From Alphaproteobacteria bacterium (lineage in GTDB: Bacteria > Pseudomonadota > Alphaproteobacteria > SP197), in contig OZ219747.1 in the NCBI GenBank assembly GCA_964291265.2, positions 1,888,001-1,952,000 of the forward strand: a stretch of 64,000 nucleotides of DNA, in the 5' to 3' direction. Both the position numbers and the translations under genes were made by a program. How positions within the stretch are numbered: position 1 is the stretch's first letter; each line of letters opens with the position of its first letter. The notes under the pieces were generated by a model. It was not told the DNA's origin. It saw only the letters and a program-made list of their open reading frames with translations, and made no database searches. Of the stretch, positions 10,746-20,897 are shown in pieces.

Positions 10746-12083
10746 ATGGATCTCGTCATCAAGGGAGATCTCGTGACGCCGGCGGGGGTGGTGGAGAACG
10801 GTTGGGCCGGTGTCGTCGACGGAGTGATCGCCGCCACCGGTTCGAACGAGCCCCCCCCTGCCCGGCAGGTTGTGGATCATACGGGGAAACTGGTGTTTCC
10901 CGGGGTCGTGGACGGCCAGACCCATGCCGGTTCGATTGCCGGATTCGACGGACTCGGGGATCTGACCAGGAGCGCTGCGGCAGGTGGCGTGACGACGATC
11001 GTCGACATGCCCTTCGACGAGCCCGATCCGGTATGGAGTCGCGATCTGCTCGACGCCAAGATTGCCACGGCCAACCGCGTGGCCCATGTCGACGTGGCGC
11101 TCTACGGTTCCGTGAAGAAGGTGGTCGAGACTGCCGAGATCGCACGCCTCGCCGAGGGCGGCGCGTGCGCATTCAAGATGTCGACCTATGAATCCAGTCC
11201 TCACCGGTTTCCCCGGATTCCCCACGACCAGATGGCGCGCGCTTTCGCGGCCATTGCCGACACCGGCCTCACGGTGGCGGTCCACAACGAAGACCAGGAG
11301 GTGGTCGATCACGCCATCAGCGTGTTCCGTGACGAGCAGCGCCGGGATGCCGGTTGCCATCATCCGAGCCGCCCGCCACTCGCGGAACTCCTCGCCAACG
11401 CCGTCATCCTGGAACTCGGGGCCGCGACCGGGGCCCGGGCCCATATCGTCCACTCCTCTCTGGCCCGGGGGTTTGACATGGCGCGCCTCTACAGGGATCA
11501 GGGCTACCAGGCGACGGCGGAGACCTGCATCCACTATCTGGCGTTCACCGAGGCGGACGTGCTCGCCATGGGCGCCAGGGGCAAGGTCAACCCGCCCATC
11601 AGGCCCGACGAGAAGGAGGCCATCTGGATGCGCTTGGCGGCAGGCGACGCCTCCTTTGTTTCCTCCGATCACTGTTCATGGCCCCTCGAACGCAAGTCCG
11701 ATGACGACATCTTTGCCGCGGCGCCAGGCGCCCCCGGGATCGAGTGCCTCCTTGTCGTCATGCTGAGCGAGGCGGAAAAGCGTGGCCACGGTCCCGGCCT
11801 TGTCGCCGCCATGCTGTGCGAGGGGCCGGCGCGGCACTTCGGCCTGTGGCCGGCAAAGGGCGCCATCCGCGAGAGGGCCGATGCCGACCTTGCCGTCATC
11901 GAACGCGGCCGTCACCGCCATGATGACGCCACGCTCCACTGCGAGCTGGCTCCCTGGACGCCCTATCACGGCATGGAGCTTTCCGGACGGGTCTGCGAGG
12001 TCTGGTTGCGCGGCCACAGGGTCTTCGATGGCCGGAACGTCCTTTCCCGTCCCGGAGACGGCAGGTTCGTCAGACCGGTCTGA
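10746..12083 (+). CDS. Allantoinase/hydantoinase (cyclic amidohydrolase) family
   Basis: GGVTTIVDMP, KVNPPIR and SSDH motifs. The first metal motif is DGQTH rather than HxH. Confidence 0.85.
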   Translation: MDLVIKGDLVTPAGVVENGWAGVVDGVIAATGSNEPPPARQVVDHTGKLVFPGVVDGQTHAGSIAGFDGLGDLTRSAAAGGVTTIVDMPFDEPDPVWSRDLLDAKIATANRVAHVDVALYGSVKKVVETAEIARLAEGGACAFKMSTYESSPHRFPRIPHDQMARAFAAIADTGLTVAVHNEDQEVVDHAISVFRDEQRRDAGCHHPSRPPLAELLANAVILELGAATGARAHIVHSSLARGFDMARLYRDQGYQATAETCIHYLAFTEADVLAMGARGKVNPPIRPDEKEAIWMRLAAGDASFVSSDHCSWPLERKSDDDIFAAAPGAPGIECLLVVMLSEAEKRGHGPGLVAAMLCEGPARHFGLWPAKGAIRERADADLAVIERGRHRHDDATLHCELAPWTPYHGMELSGRVCEVWLRGHRVFDGRNVLSRPGDGRFVRPV

Positions 12084-12087
12084 AGTC

Positions 12088-12771
12088 ATGGCACGGCGCA
12101 TTCTCGTCATCAATCCCAACAGCAGCCGCGATGTCACCGTGGCGATGTCACAGGCTCTCGACCGCTTCCGTTTCGACGGTGGACCGGTCATCGACTGCAT
12201 CACCCTTGACGATGGTCCGCCCGGCGTCGAGACCGACCGCCATGTCGCCGAGGTCTCGGGCCTCGTCGTGGGCGTCATCGAGGATGAAGAAGCCGACGCC
12301 TACGTCATTGCCTGCTTCAGTGATCCGGGTCTCCATGCCGCCCGGGAGGTGCGTGCGCAACCGGTCTTCGGCATCGGCGGTTCAGCCTATGCGGCGGCCC
12401 TGGCGACAGGTGAGCGGTTCGGCATCATCTCGATCCTGCCGGTGGCCCTTCCCCGACACCGACGCCATGTCGCCTCCCTGGGGCTCTCCGGTCACCTGGC
12501 GGGCGATATCGCCATCGACCTTGCCGTGACGGATCTCTCCATGGAGGGCCTGGTTCTCGAACGCCTGGTCCGGGCCGGCCTGTCGCTCAAGGACGAGCAC
12601 GGCGCCGGCGTGGTCATCATGGGCTGTGCCGGCATGGCTCGCTACCACGCCCGTCTCGAGGCAAGGCTTGGCCTGCCGGTCATCGAGCCGACGCGGGCGG
12701 CGACGGCGCTGGCGCTCAACGCCCTTGCGACAACGGGATCCCGGATCCGGCAGGAAGGAGAAGGACCTTGA
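12088..12771 (+). CDS. Asp/Glu/hydantoin racemase family
   Basis: ILVINPNSS, IACFSDPGL, MGCAGM. Confidence 0.9.
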   Translation: MARRILVINPNSSRDVTVAMSQALDRFRFDGGPVIDCITLDDGPPGVETDRHVAEVSGLVVGVIEDEEADAYVIACFSDPGLHAAREVRAQPVFGIGGSAYAAALATGERFGIISILPVALPRHRRHVASLGLSGHLAGDIAIDLAVTDLSMEGLVLERLVRAGLSLKDEHGAGVVIMGCAGMARYHARLEARLGLPVIEPTRAATALALNALATTGSRIRQEGEGP

Positions 12772-13700
12772 GCACGCGAATCATGACAGTCGGCGGCGCC
12801 CAGATGGGACCGGTGCCACGTTCGGATCCTCGGTCGAGGACCGTGGCGCGCATGGTGGATCTCATGCGTCAGGCCCATGCGCGAGGGTGCCGTTTGGTGG
12901 TCTTTCCGGAGCTGGCGCTGACGACGTTCTTTCCGCGCTGGCTGATCGAGGACGAAGAGGAGCTGGCCGGGTTCTACGAGTCATCTATGCCGGGTCCCGA
13001 GACCCTGCCGCTCTTCGAGACGGCGGCGGAACTCGGAATCGGTTTCCACCTGGGCTATGCCGAAATCGCCGAGGATGGCCGCTTCAACACGGCGATCCTG
13101 GTGGATCCGGACGGCGGGATTGTCGCCAGGTACCGCAAGATTCACCTTCCGGGTCATGCGGAGAACGATTCCGCCCGCCAGTTCCAGCATCTGGAAAAGC
13201 GCTACTTCGATGTCGGCAATCTCGGCTTCAGGGTATGGGACACCATGGGCGGGCGGATCGGCATGCTGATCTGCAACGACCGGCGCTGGCCCGAGGCCTT
13301 CCGGGTCCTGGGCCTTCAGGGAGTCGAGCTGGTTCTCATCGGCTACAACACGCCGACACTCAATGGCCAGACCTTCGAGCCGCCACACCTTCGCATTCAT
13401 CACAATCTCCTGACCATGCAGGCCGGTGCCTACCAGAACGGCACCTGGGTGGTCGGCGTGGCGAAGGCCGGCCTCGAGGACGGTGTTCACATGATGGGCT
13501 CGAGCGTCATTGTCACCCCCAACGGTGAAGTTGCCGCCCAGGCCAGCACTCTCGACGACGAACTGATCGTGGCCGACTGTGATCTCGACGCGGGCGCCTA
13601 CATCAAGGCCCATGTCTTCGATTTTGCCGCTCACCGCCGCACCGAACACTACCGTCTGATTGTCGAGACCACAGGAGTGGTGCCACCGCTGGGCACATAA
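12768..13700 (+). CDS. N-carbamoyl-D-amino acid hydrolase (nitrilase superfamily)
   Basis: VFPELALTTFFPRW, YRKIHLPGH, ICNDRRWPE, QAGAYQN. Confidence 0.92.
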   Translation: MSTRIMTVGGAQMGPVPRSDPRSRTVARMVDLMRQAHARGCRLVVFPELALTTFFPRWLIEDEEELAGFYESSMPGPETLPLFETAAELGIGFHLGYAEIAEDGRFNTAILVDPDGGIVARYRKIHLPGHAENDSARQFQHLEKRYFDVGNLGFRVWDTMGGRIGMLICNDRRWPEAFRVLGLQGVELVLIGYNTPTLNGQTFEPPHLRIHHNLLTMQAGAYQNGTWVVGVAKAGLEDGVHMMGSSVIVTPNGEVAAQASTLDDELIVADCDLDAGAYIKAHVFDFAAHRRTEHYRLIVETTGVVPPLGT

Positions 13701-13800
13701 GGCAGCAGCCGATTCACCGGCACGTCTTCATGGATGGACCGGCTCCTCACATACGCACCGTCCGCGTGGCGCGGCTCGAGCGATCTCACGGTCTGCATCG

Positions 13801-13926
13801 GTAAGCGTTCGGTCATGGGGTGACGACGATGGACATGACAGTGACATCTGCGCACTGTCCCGGTTTTCGCTCAGCATTCTCTCAGACGCCATCATCCCCT
13901 TCATGAGCGCGTGATCGAACGCCTAT
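13801..13926. mobile_element. IS66-end-derived MITE-like repeat
   Basis: Starts GTAAGCGTTCGGTCA (same as IS66 ends in this window) and ends TGATCGAACGCCTAT. A near-identical copy lies at about 50900-51028, with related copies at about 27440-27576 and 55985-56117. Confidence 0.7.
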
Positions 13927-14285
13927 CCGTGCCTGGGCCTGGCGGCCAGCACATCATCAAGGCTTGGGGCAGCCAGCACTGCCTCCGCCCAGGCCTCCAG
14001 TTCGGCGGCCGACGCACTGCGGACCCGCTCGCGGACCGCATCCGGCACATCACCGAAGCGCAAGGACAGTTGACGAAGAAGAAGTTCCGCGAGGGCCTCG
14101 CTCCGGCCTCGCTCGATTCCCTTCTCGATTCCCTCGGCTCTTCCCCTCTCGATTCCCTCGGTTCTTCCCCTCTCGATTCCCTCGGCTCTCCCCCTCTCGA
14201 TTCCCTCGGTTCTTCCCCTCTCGATTCCCTTCTCAAGTCCCTCGGCTCTTCCCTGTTCGACCCAGGCTTGTGCGATCGTGCCCAT
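13923..14285 (-). CDS. Putative intragenic small protein RpnS (antitoxin), in frame within Rpn copy 1
   Basis: GGGAGGTGCTG-ATG (Shine-Dalgarno just upstream) precedes MGTIAQAW...; the same signal is present in copy 2. Confidence 0.6.
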   Translation of the reverse strand: MGTIAQAWVEQGRAEGLEKGIERGRTEGIERGRAEGIERGRTEGIERGRAEGIEKGIERGRSEALAELLLRQLSLRFGDVPDAVRERVRSASAAELEAWAEAVLAAPSLDDVLAARPRHG

Positions 14286-15086
14286 CAGCACCTCCCAATG
14301 GTCCGGTTTCGTCCGGCGCAAAGACGCCTCCAGCAGAGGCAGCGTCAGACCCTTTTGCTCGGTCATATAGCGCACAATATGGCGCTCGAAGTCGCTCCCT
14401 GCAAGCAGCCCGTCCATGATCACGTCGAGAAGATCGGGCGGCACCTCCTCGGCAAAGGCAAACCTGAGCGCCAGAAGAGCGGACCGCACCTCGGGTGAGG
14501 TCGACGGCCGGTCCGGCGCCATCACCCCGAGGTCGTGCACCACATAGGCGAACTCCCTGACGAACGACTCCAGCCCCTCGGTCAGCTCGTCGGGCACGTC
14601 GATCATGTCCGGCACCGAGCGCTCCGCCGTCCAGCGGCCCCGGCCATGGTAGAAGACCAGCGGGATGATCACCGGCAGCCTTATCCTGCCGCTCTTGCTC
14701 TTGCTCCGCTCGCTCTTGCTCCGCTCGATCTCGCGCCGCCAGATGTTGACCATGTATCCCAGGAGCTGGAGCGGCGTCGCGGCGTCGACCTGGCTCTTGT
14801 GTTCGAGCAGCACGTAGAGGCGCGCATCTTTGCCGTCCTTCAATCTCACCCGGAACAGCGCATCGCATTGGCTGGTACGGGCAGCCTCGTCGACGAAACT
14901 GCCCTTGACCGCCTCGAGCGGCGCCTTGAGATCGAGGAGGTGAGCCACCTTCGGCGGCAGGTAGTCGGTGAGCAGCGAAGCGGCGCGGGACGGCTCGGAG
15001 ACCAGATCCCGGAACAGCGCATCGTGCCGGTTCGCCGGAAATCTCCTGCGAGAGGCTCCCGGCGTCTCAACGGGCATCGCGCTCAC
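13923..15086 (-). CDS. Rpn/YhgA-family recombination-promoting nuclease (copy 1)
   Basis: HDALFR, D-x-LF, LLEHKS, IIPLVFYHG, low-complexity GIERGRAE repeats and a DUF4351-like tail (RFGDVP...AELEAWAE). Confidence 0.9.
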   Translation of the reverse strand: MSAMPVETPGASRRRFPANRHDALFRDLVSEPSRAASLLTDYLPPKVAHLLDLKAPLEAVKGSFVDEAARTSQCDALFRVRLKDGKDARLYVLLEHKSQVDAATPLQLLGYMVNIWRREIERSKSERSKSKSGRIRLPVIIPLVFYHGRGRWTAERSVPDMIDVPDELTEGLESFVREFAYVVHDLGVMAPDRPSTSPEVRSALLALRFAFAEEVPPDLLDVIMDGLLAGSDFERHIVRYMTEQKGLTLPLLEASLRRTKPDHWEVLMGTIAQAWVEQGRAEGLEKGIERGRTEGIERGRAEGIERGRTEGIERGRAEGIEKGIERGRSEALAELLLRQLSLRFGDVPDAVRERVRSASAAELEAWAEAVLAAPSLDDVLAARPRHG

Positions 15087-16945
15087 GGGCTGGAAGAGGG
15101 CTGGTGTTCGTCATGGCGGCACCCTACGCCGAACAGCACCAAGGCAGCAATCGTGGCGCCCAAGGCCTTCCCACGCTGGAATTCGCTTGATTTCACTTGA
15201 CGTCAGGCGTTCGTATGTTGCACGCGCGCGGACATTTCCCGCTGGCCATCCCGCTTGGGATGTGCGACGGTCCGGTCATGTCGATTCGCAAGCGCATGGA
15301 AGCTGTCCCGATCCATCAGGAAGCACCTGAGGGTTTTTCCCTGTCTGAGGTTGAGGTTCGCCTGACGAGGCCGGAGGAGCGTCCGCTCCTGGACGCGCTG
15401 ATGAACGAGCACCACTATCTCGGCTTCCGTCGCCTGGCGGGTCGCGGTCTGCGCTACCTTGCGACCTTCAGGGGCCATTGGCTGGGGCTGGCGGCGTGGC
15501 AGAACGGCGCCTTCAAGTGCGCTCCCCGCGACCAGTGGACCGGCTGGAAGCCGGAGCAGCAGTTCCAGCGGCTCTCGATGGTAGCCAACAACACGCGGTT
15601 CTTGATCCTCTCCAAGCCCGGGGTGTTTGCGAACCTTGCTTCCTGTTTCCTTGCGTGCATGACGCGCCGGCTCTGTGACGATTGGCTGCAGGTGCACGGC
15701 CACGGGGTGCTGCTGGCGGAGACGTTCTGCGATCCGGAGATCTTTGCCGGCACGATGTTGAAGGCTGCGGGCTGGACGTGTCTGGGTGAGACCAAGGGGT
15801 TTGCCCGCTCCAACGGGCGCTATACCGATCCCCACGGCAAGCCCAAGGATATCTACGTTACGGCACTGAGGCGCGATGCCCGGGCGCTGCTGTCGAGCCC
15901 GCTGCCGCTTCCCCCCGACGTGGCGCCGCCCTCATGCCCCGAACTGGCGCCCCGGGACCCCAAGGTGCTGCGCTCGCTCTACGCCGAGCTCGCGGCCATT
16001 CCCGACTTCCGCCGGGCGCAGGGAAGGAAGCATACCGCGGCATCGGTGCTCACCGTGCACGTGCTCGCCGAGTTCGCCAACATGAAGGGCTGTGTCGCCG
16101 CCGCGCAGTTCGCGCGGTCCCTGTCCCAGGAGGAGTTGGAGGCCATCGGCGCGTGGCTTAACCCGAAGACGGGGCTTCGCGAGCCCGTCTCCAAGTCCAC
16201 CATCCACCGGGTTATCCAGTCGATCGACCCCGAGGCTCTGGAGGATGTGCTCACCCGCTGGTCCCGGCCTCGGCTTCACCTCGCCCGTGCACTCGCCGCC
16301 GACGGCAAGCGCATCCGCGGCGCCAACCGCAACGGCGATGGCCGTCTGAGAGACCGTGGCCCTTGTCGACCATGAGACCGGCGCGCCCTTTTCCCTCCTG
16401 AACTTCAACGACGAAGGCGGCGAACTGGCGGCCATGCACGATCTCCTGGAGCGCAGCGACATCGGCGGCAAGGTGATCACCCTCGACGCGCTGCATACGA
16501 CACGCCATACCGCGAAGCTGATGTTGATGGCTGCATAGAACGGCGGGATTTCGGCGATTTGCCGCGCTTTGTCAGGGTCGTGTTTCTTCCCTGTTGTCAG
16601 GTCCTATTGTCACGTCCTGTTGTCGTGGTTTGAGTGTTCGGCTGGTTGTCTCCCCGAGCGCCGCCGTCTTTTCCTATTGTCGTTTTGGTCCGGTTCGGGT
16701 TCCGTCGACCTCTGCTTCGGTCTTGGTGACGGTTGCCGGGAGGGTTCCGGTTCCGAGGCACTCGCGGGATTGTTTGTCTTCCCTGTGGGCGGGTCGCGTT
16801 GTCCGGTCCCGGGGCGGCGTTTTTGCCGCCGCCCCGGGTGGATGCTAGATCGGCATCAAGAGAAAGAGCGATGCGATGCCGGGCGGAGTTGTGACGCCCC
16901 CCGGCGCAGCACCCGGACGAGCCGGTCACGGGGGACCGAACTCCC

Positions 16946-17476
16946 GTGTATTGTCGAGCCATTTTGCGTCCGGGTCCACCCCCGCTCTCGAGACGGATCG
17001 TGTGCACGACGGGACGACTGTTCAACTGCAAGCGGTGTCAGCGGCAGGTTGTTCTCTGCCGGTCGTGTGACCGGGGGCATGTGTATTGCTCCAAGGAGTG
17101 CAGGGAATCGTCCCGGATCGAGCGGCGCCGCGCGTCGCGTCGTCGCTACCAGAGCACGCTGAAGGGCCGTGAGACGGGCCGTCACCGCCAGCGGCGTTAT
17201 CGGCTCCGCAAGGCGGAGGAGGCGCGTGCGTTGAAGGCCAGGGCGGCGATGGTTGCCGAGATCATGGGCACGCAGACGTCTGCTGTGGTGCTGCTTGGCG
17301 ACGTTCCGGCGGTGTCTGGAGACGCCGGTTCTGAAGAAATCGTTACGGACCACCCTTCCCGACTGCTGCCGACCTCCCTACCTGCGGTTGTGAAGGCGCG
17401 AGAGCGGCGCGAATCGCCGCTTCGGTGCGCCCGGTGCGGACGGGTCGTGACGCATGTGGTGCTGAGGGACCTGTGA
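16946..17476 (+). CDS. Cys-rich, basic hypothetical protein upstream of istA
   Basis: CxxC..CxxC..CxxxC (RLFNCKRCQRQVVLCRSCDRGHVYCSKEC), an Arg-rich helix and a C-terminal CARCG. Start uncertain. Confidence 0.65.
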   Translation: MYCRAILRPGPPPLSRRIVCTTGRLFNCKRCQRQVVLCRSCDRGHVYCSKECRESSRIERRRASRRRYQSTLKGRETGRHRQRRYRLRKAEEARALKARAAMVAEIMGTQTSAVVLLGDVPAVSGDAGSEEIVTDHPSRLLPTSLPAVVKARERRESPLRCARCGRVVTHVVLRDL

Positions 17477-17508
17477 TGCGGCGTTGAGGAACCAAAGGGA
17501 GGGAGTTC

Positions 17509-19002
17509 ATGGCGATCGACGAGGACACGCGGGCGACGATCGTGCGGCTGTCGCGGGCCGAGGGCTGGGCTGTGGGGACGATTGCCCGGCATCTCGGCGT
17601 GCACCACGGCACGGTGACGCGGGCGCTCAAGGCGTCGGGGCAGGAGCGGCGGCCGCGGGCCAAGCTCATCGACCCCTTCGTTGCCTTCCTCGGGGAGCGT
17701 CTTGAGGCGTCGCCGGACCTTCCGGCCAGCACGCTCTGGCGACAGGTCGTGGCTCTGGGCTACCGCGGCGGCGAGGATCACTTCCGTCACGACCTGCGCC
17801 GCCTCGGGCTGAGGCCGGTGAAGAGGCCCGAGCCGTCGCTGCGGCTGAGCTTCCTTCCGGGCGAGCAGGCGCAGGTTGACTGGGCCGAGTTCGGGAAGGT
17901 CCGCATTGGCCGGGCGGAGCGCAGGCTCATGGGGCTTCTCGTCACCCTCAGCTACTCGCGCCAGACTGTCCTGAGCCTGTTCCACGACGCGCGGATGGCC
18001 AGCTTCCTGCAAGGCCATGTCGAGGCTTTCGCGGCATTCGGGGGTGTGCCGCGGAGGCTTCTGTACGACAACCTGAAGAGTGCCGTGGTGACGCGCCGCG
18101 GCAAGGCGGTCACCTATCATCCGATGCTGCTCGGCCTCGCGGCCCACTATGCCTTCGAACCGAGCGCCGCCTGGCCCAGGAGCCCGCAGGAGAAGGGCCG
18201 CGTGGAACGCCGTGTGCGCTTCGCGCGCACCGGGTTCTTCGCCGGGCGCGACATCACGGTCCCGCTCGGCGAGCTCAACGCCGCAGTTCGGGAGTGGTGC
18301 TTCGGCGCCGCCGCGGAGCGGCCCTGGCCGGACGACGACAGTCTCCTGGTGCGGGACGCCTTCGCCCGGGAGAGGGAGCACCTGATCGTCCTTCCCGCCG
18401 ATCCCTTCCCGCATCACGAGGTCCGCCCGGTGCGCATCGACAAGACCTGCCACGCCCGCTTCGACACCAACGACTACAGCGTTCCGGGTAGCTTCTCCAA
18501 GGCCCTGCTGACGCTGGTCGCCGACCGCGACGAGGTTCGCATCCTCGACGGCGCCGACGAGGTCGCGCGCCACCGACGCTCCTACGACAGGAAGCAGGCC
18601 GTCACCGATCCGGAGCATGCCAGGGCGATCGCCGCGGGCAAGCGGCGGGCCCGCTCCATGAGCGTCCGCGACCGGGTCCTGCGCACCGTGCCGCGGGCCG
18701 AGGAGATGCTGGCGCGCGCCGGGACCAACGGGCGCAACGTGGCCTCCTGCGCCCGGATGCTGGAGACGCTTCTCAACGCGCACGGCGCCGACGCTCTCGA
18801 CCGGGCTGTCGCCACGGCGCTGGAGCGCGGCTCGTGCCACCCCGAAACCGTGCGCGTCATCATCGAGGAGCGCCGCCGGGAGCAGGGCCTGCCGCCCCTC
18901 AGCATCGCCGACGACGGCCGCGGCGGCCGTGGCACGACGCCGCGGGGGACCGCTCTCGACGCCTACGACAGGCCCGAAGCCAGCGCCAGGAACAAGACAT
19001 GA
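17509..19002 (+). CDS. istA: IS21 transposase IstA
   Basis: N-terminal HTH, PGEQAQVDW, LYDNLKSAV, EKGRVER, FDTNDYSVP. Confidence 0.93.
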   Translation: MAIDEDTRATIVRLSRAEGWAVGTIARHLGVHHGTVTRALKASGQERRPRAKLIDPFVAFLGERLEASPDLPASTLWRQVVALGYRGGEDHFRHDLRRLGLRPVKRPEPSLRLSFLPGEQAQVDWAEFGKVRIGRAERRLMGLLVTLSYSRQTVLSLFHDARMASFLQGHVEAFAAFGGVPRRLLYDNLKSAVVTRRGKAVTYHPMLLGLAAHYAFEPSAAWPRSPQEKGRVERRVRFARTGFFAGRDITVPLGELNAAVREWCFGAAAERPWPDDDSLLVRDAFAREREHLIVLPADPFPHHEVRPVRIDKTCHARFDTNDYSVPGSFSKALLTLVADRDEVRILDGADEVARHRRSYDRKQAVTDPEHARAIAAGKRRARSMSVRDRVLRTVPRAEEMLARAGTNGRNVASCARMLETLLNAHGADALDRAVATALERGSCHPETVRVIIEERRREQGLPPLSIADDGRGGRGTTPRGTALDAYDRPEASARNKT

Positions 19003-19700
19003 GCGAGCTCAGGGAGCGTGCCCGGGCGCTCGGCCTCCACGGGCTCGTCGAACGCTGGGACGAGGTCGCCGGGACCGCATGGATCGAGGAGGTGGTCAGC
19101 GGCGAGGAACAGGCCCGCAGGGCCCGCAGCCACGAGCGCCGCCGCGCCGCGGCGCGGCTGCCCGCCTTCAAGCCCCTGGCGGACTTCGACTGGACATGGC
19201 CGCGCGACATCAGCCGGGCTCATGTCGAAGCGCTCCTCGGCCTCGGCTTCGTCGACCGTGCGGACAACGCCGTGCTCGTCGGCGGGCAGGGCACCGGAAA
19301 GACCATGATCGCCGCCAACGTGGCTCACCAGGCCCTGCTGCACGGCCACACCGTCCGCTTCGAGAAGGCGCCGGAACTGCTCGAGGCACTCGCCGAGACC
19401 GTCTCGCGCAGCGAGCTGCGCCGCCGCCTCGCGATCCTCGCCAGGCCCCGCCTGCTCGTCCTCGACGAAATCGGCTACGTGACCCTCGAAAGCCACCATG
19501 CCGACATCCTCTACGCCATCGTCTCGCGGCGCTATCAGCGCCGCTCGACCATGGTCACGACAAGCCTCGCCTTCGCCCAGTGGGACCGCGTCTTCCCCAG
19601 CGCCTCCGGCATCGCCGGCACCGTCGACCGGCTCATGCACGACGCAACCCTCATCTCCATCGACAGCGACTCCTGGCGGCTCAGGCGTGAAACCCGATAA
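18999..19700 (+). CDS. istB: IS21 ATP-binding helper IstB
   Basis: DFDWTW, Walker A GGQGTGKT, Walker B LLVLDEIGY, DRLMH; ATG overlaps the istA stop. Confidence 0.93.
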   Translation: MSELRERARALGLHGLVERWDEVAGTAWIEEVVSGEEQARRARSHERRRAAARLPAFKPLADFDWTWPRDISRAHVEALLGLGFVDRADNAVLVGGQGTGKTMIAANVAHQALLHGHTVRFEKAPELLEALAETVSRSELRRRLAILARPRLLVLDEIGYVTLESHHADILYAIVSRRYQRRSTMVTTSLAFAQWDRVFPSASGIAGTVDRLMHDATLISIDSDSWRLRRETR

Positions 19701-20580
19701 ACCCCGCCGCGTCGACTTCGACGCCGTCAAGCGCATGCCGTTCGAACGCATCGCCGCCGACTGGGGATACGTCCGCGACGAACAGGCCTCGACACGCGCC
19801 AACCCCGTCCTGTGCGCACCCGGCCTGCCGAAGCTCGTCACGAAGTGCCTCAACAACGGACACTGGGTCTACTTCAACACCCAGAACGATGAAGACAACG
19901 GAACCGTCATCGACTTCATGCTCAACCGCGGACTGGCCTTCGCCGACATCTGCACCCGCTTCGCAGCACCCGACGCCGCGCCACGCGACTTCCGCAGCCT
20001 CTGGGCCGCGGCAACGCCCGATGCGGCCCCGGACTGGCTCACCGGGCGCGGCATCCTCCCGGAGACCCTCGACACCTGCCGCCCCCTGGTCCGCCGCGAC
20101 CACAACGGACGCGTCCTCTTCGCCCATCGCAACAGGAAGCGAAAGCTCACCGGCTTCGAGATCGGTCCCCCCGACGGACCGAAACGCTTCGCCACCGGTG
20201 GAACCCGAAGCCTGTTCGCCGTCCGCGCCGGAACCGCCGCGGACCTCGAGGCCCTCGTCATCACCGAAAGCGCCGTCGACGCCCTCAGCCTGGCCCAGAT
20301 CGACCAATGTCCCCCCAGCCACGCCTTCCTCTCCACCGCCGGGGCACCCTCGCGAAGACAGCACGAACAGATCAGCCTCGCCGCAAGCAGCCTGCCCAAC
20401 GTCAGGACCATCGTCCTCGCCCAGGACCACGACGAGGCCGGAGAGCGACAGGCCGAAACCCTGCGCAAAAAGATGAAGCTCCCCTCCCACGTCTCGTTCC
20501 ACAGACGCAGACCGCCGGAAAACGCCGACTGGAACGACGTCGTCAACGCCAGGACCAAAGAACCACAAGCGAGATCATGA
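19687..20580 (+). CDS. Toprim-domain primase-like protein (DUF3991/Toprim type)
   Basis: DNGTVIDF, WLTGRGI, LFAHRN, TGFE, toprim motifs VITESAVDALS and AQDHDEAG, and terminal DWND. GTG start overlaps the end of istB. Confidence 0.75.
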   Translation: MKPDKPRRVDFDAVKRMPFERIAADWGYVRDEQASTRANPVLCAPGLPKLVTKCLNNGHWVYFNTQNDEDNGTVIDFMLNRGLAFADICTRFAAPDAAPRDFRSLWAAATPDAAPDWLTGRGILPETLDTCRPLVRRDHNGRVLFAHRNRKRKLTGFEIGPPDGPKRFATGGTRSLFAVRAGTAADLEALVITESAVDALSLAQIDQCPPSHAFLSTAGAPSRRQHEQISLAASSLPNVRTIVLAQDHDEAGERQAETLRKKMKLPSHVSFHRRRPPENADWNDVVNARTKEPQARS

Positions 20581-20606
20581 CCACGTCCGTCACAAGGAGA
20601 CCACTC

Positions 20607-20897
20607 ATGCCCCTCACGCCCGCCGAAAAGCAGCGGTGATACCGGGAACGGCGCAAGGCCGGCATCCCTCCCGTCCACACCCCAAAGCACCGTGACCGGC
20701 GCTCGCGACCGCAACGCTGGAACGACGCCGTGGCCGAACTGCGCTCCCTGCAGGACGAATGGCGTGACCACCTCGACAGCATCCCCGAAAGCCTCCGTGA
20801 CACGCCTTACGGAGAACGCCTGCAGAGCGTCGCCGATGCCGACATCGAGGCCCTCGAGGACATCGAACCGCCACGCGGCTACGGAAGGGATACGTGA
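20607..20897 (+). pseudogene. Small plasmid-type hypothetical protein with an internal TGA
   Basis: AGGAG RBS, then MPLTPAEKQR*YRERRK...RSRPQRWNDAVAEL...IEPPRGYGRDT; the frame continues after the TGA. Confidence 0.55.

Noticed and set aside
14110-14255. CT-rich repeats (also 51210-51355) as CRISPR or regulatory array
   Set aside because: They are the coding low-complexity linker of the Rpn proteins.
20637-20639. In-frame TGA with a nearby hairpin as possible selenocysteine (selAB is in the window)
   Set aside because: Context QR*YRERR fits a CGA(Arg)-to-TGA mutation, not a Cys-equivalent redox site; the ORF is decaying transposon cargo.
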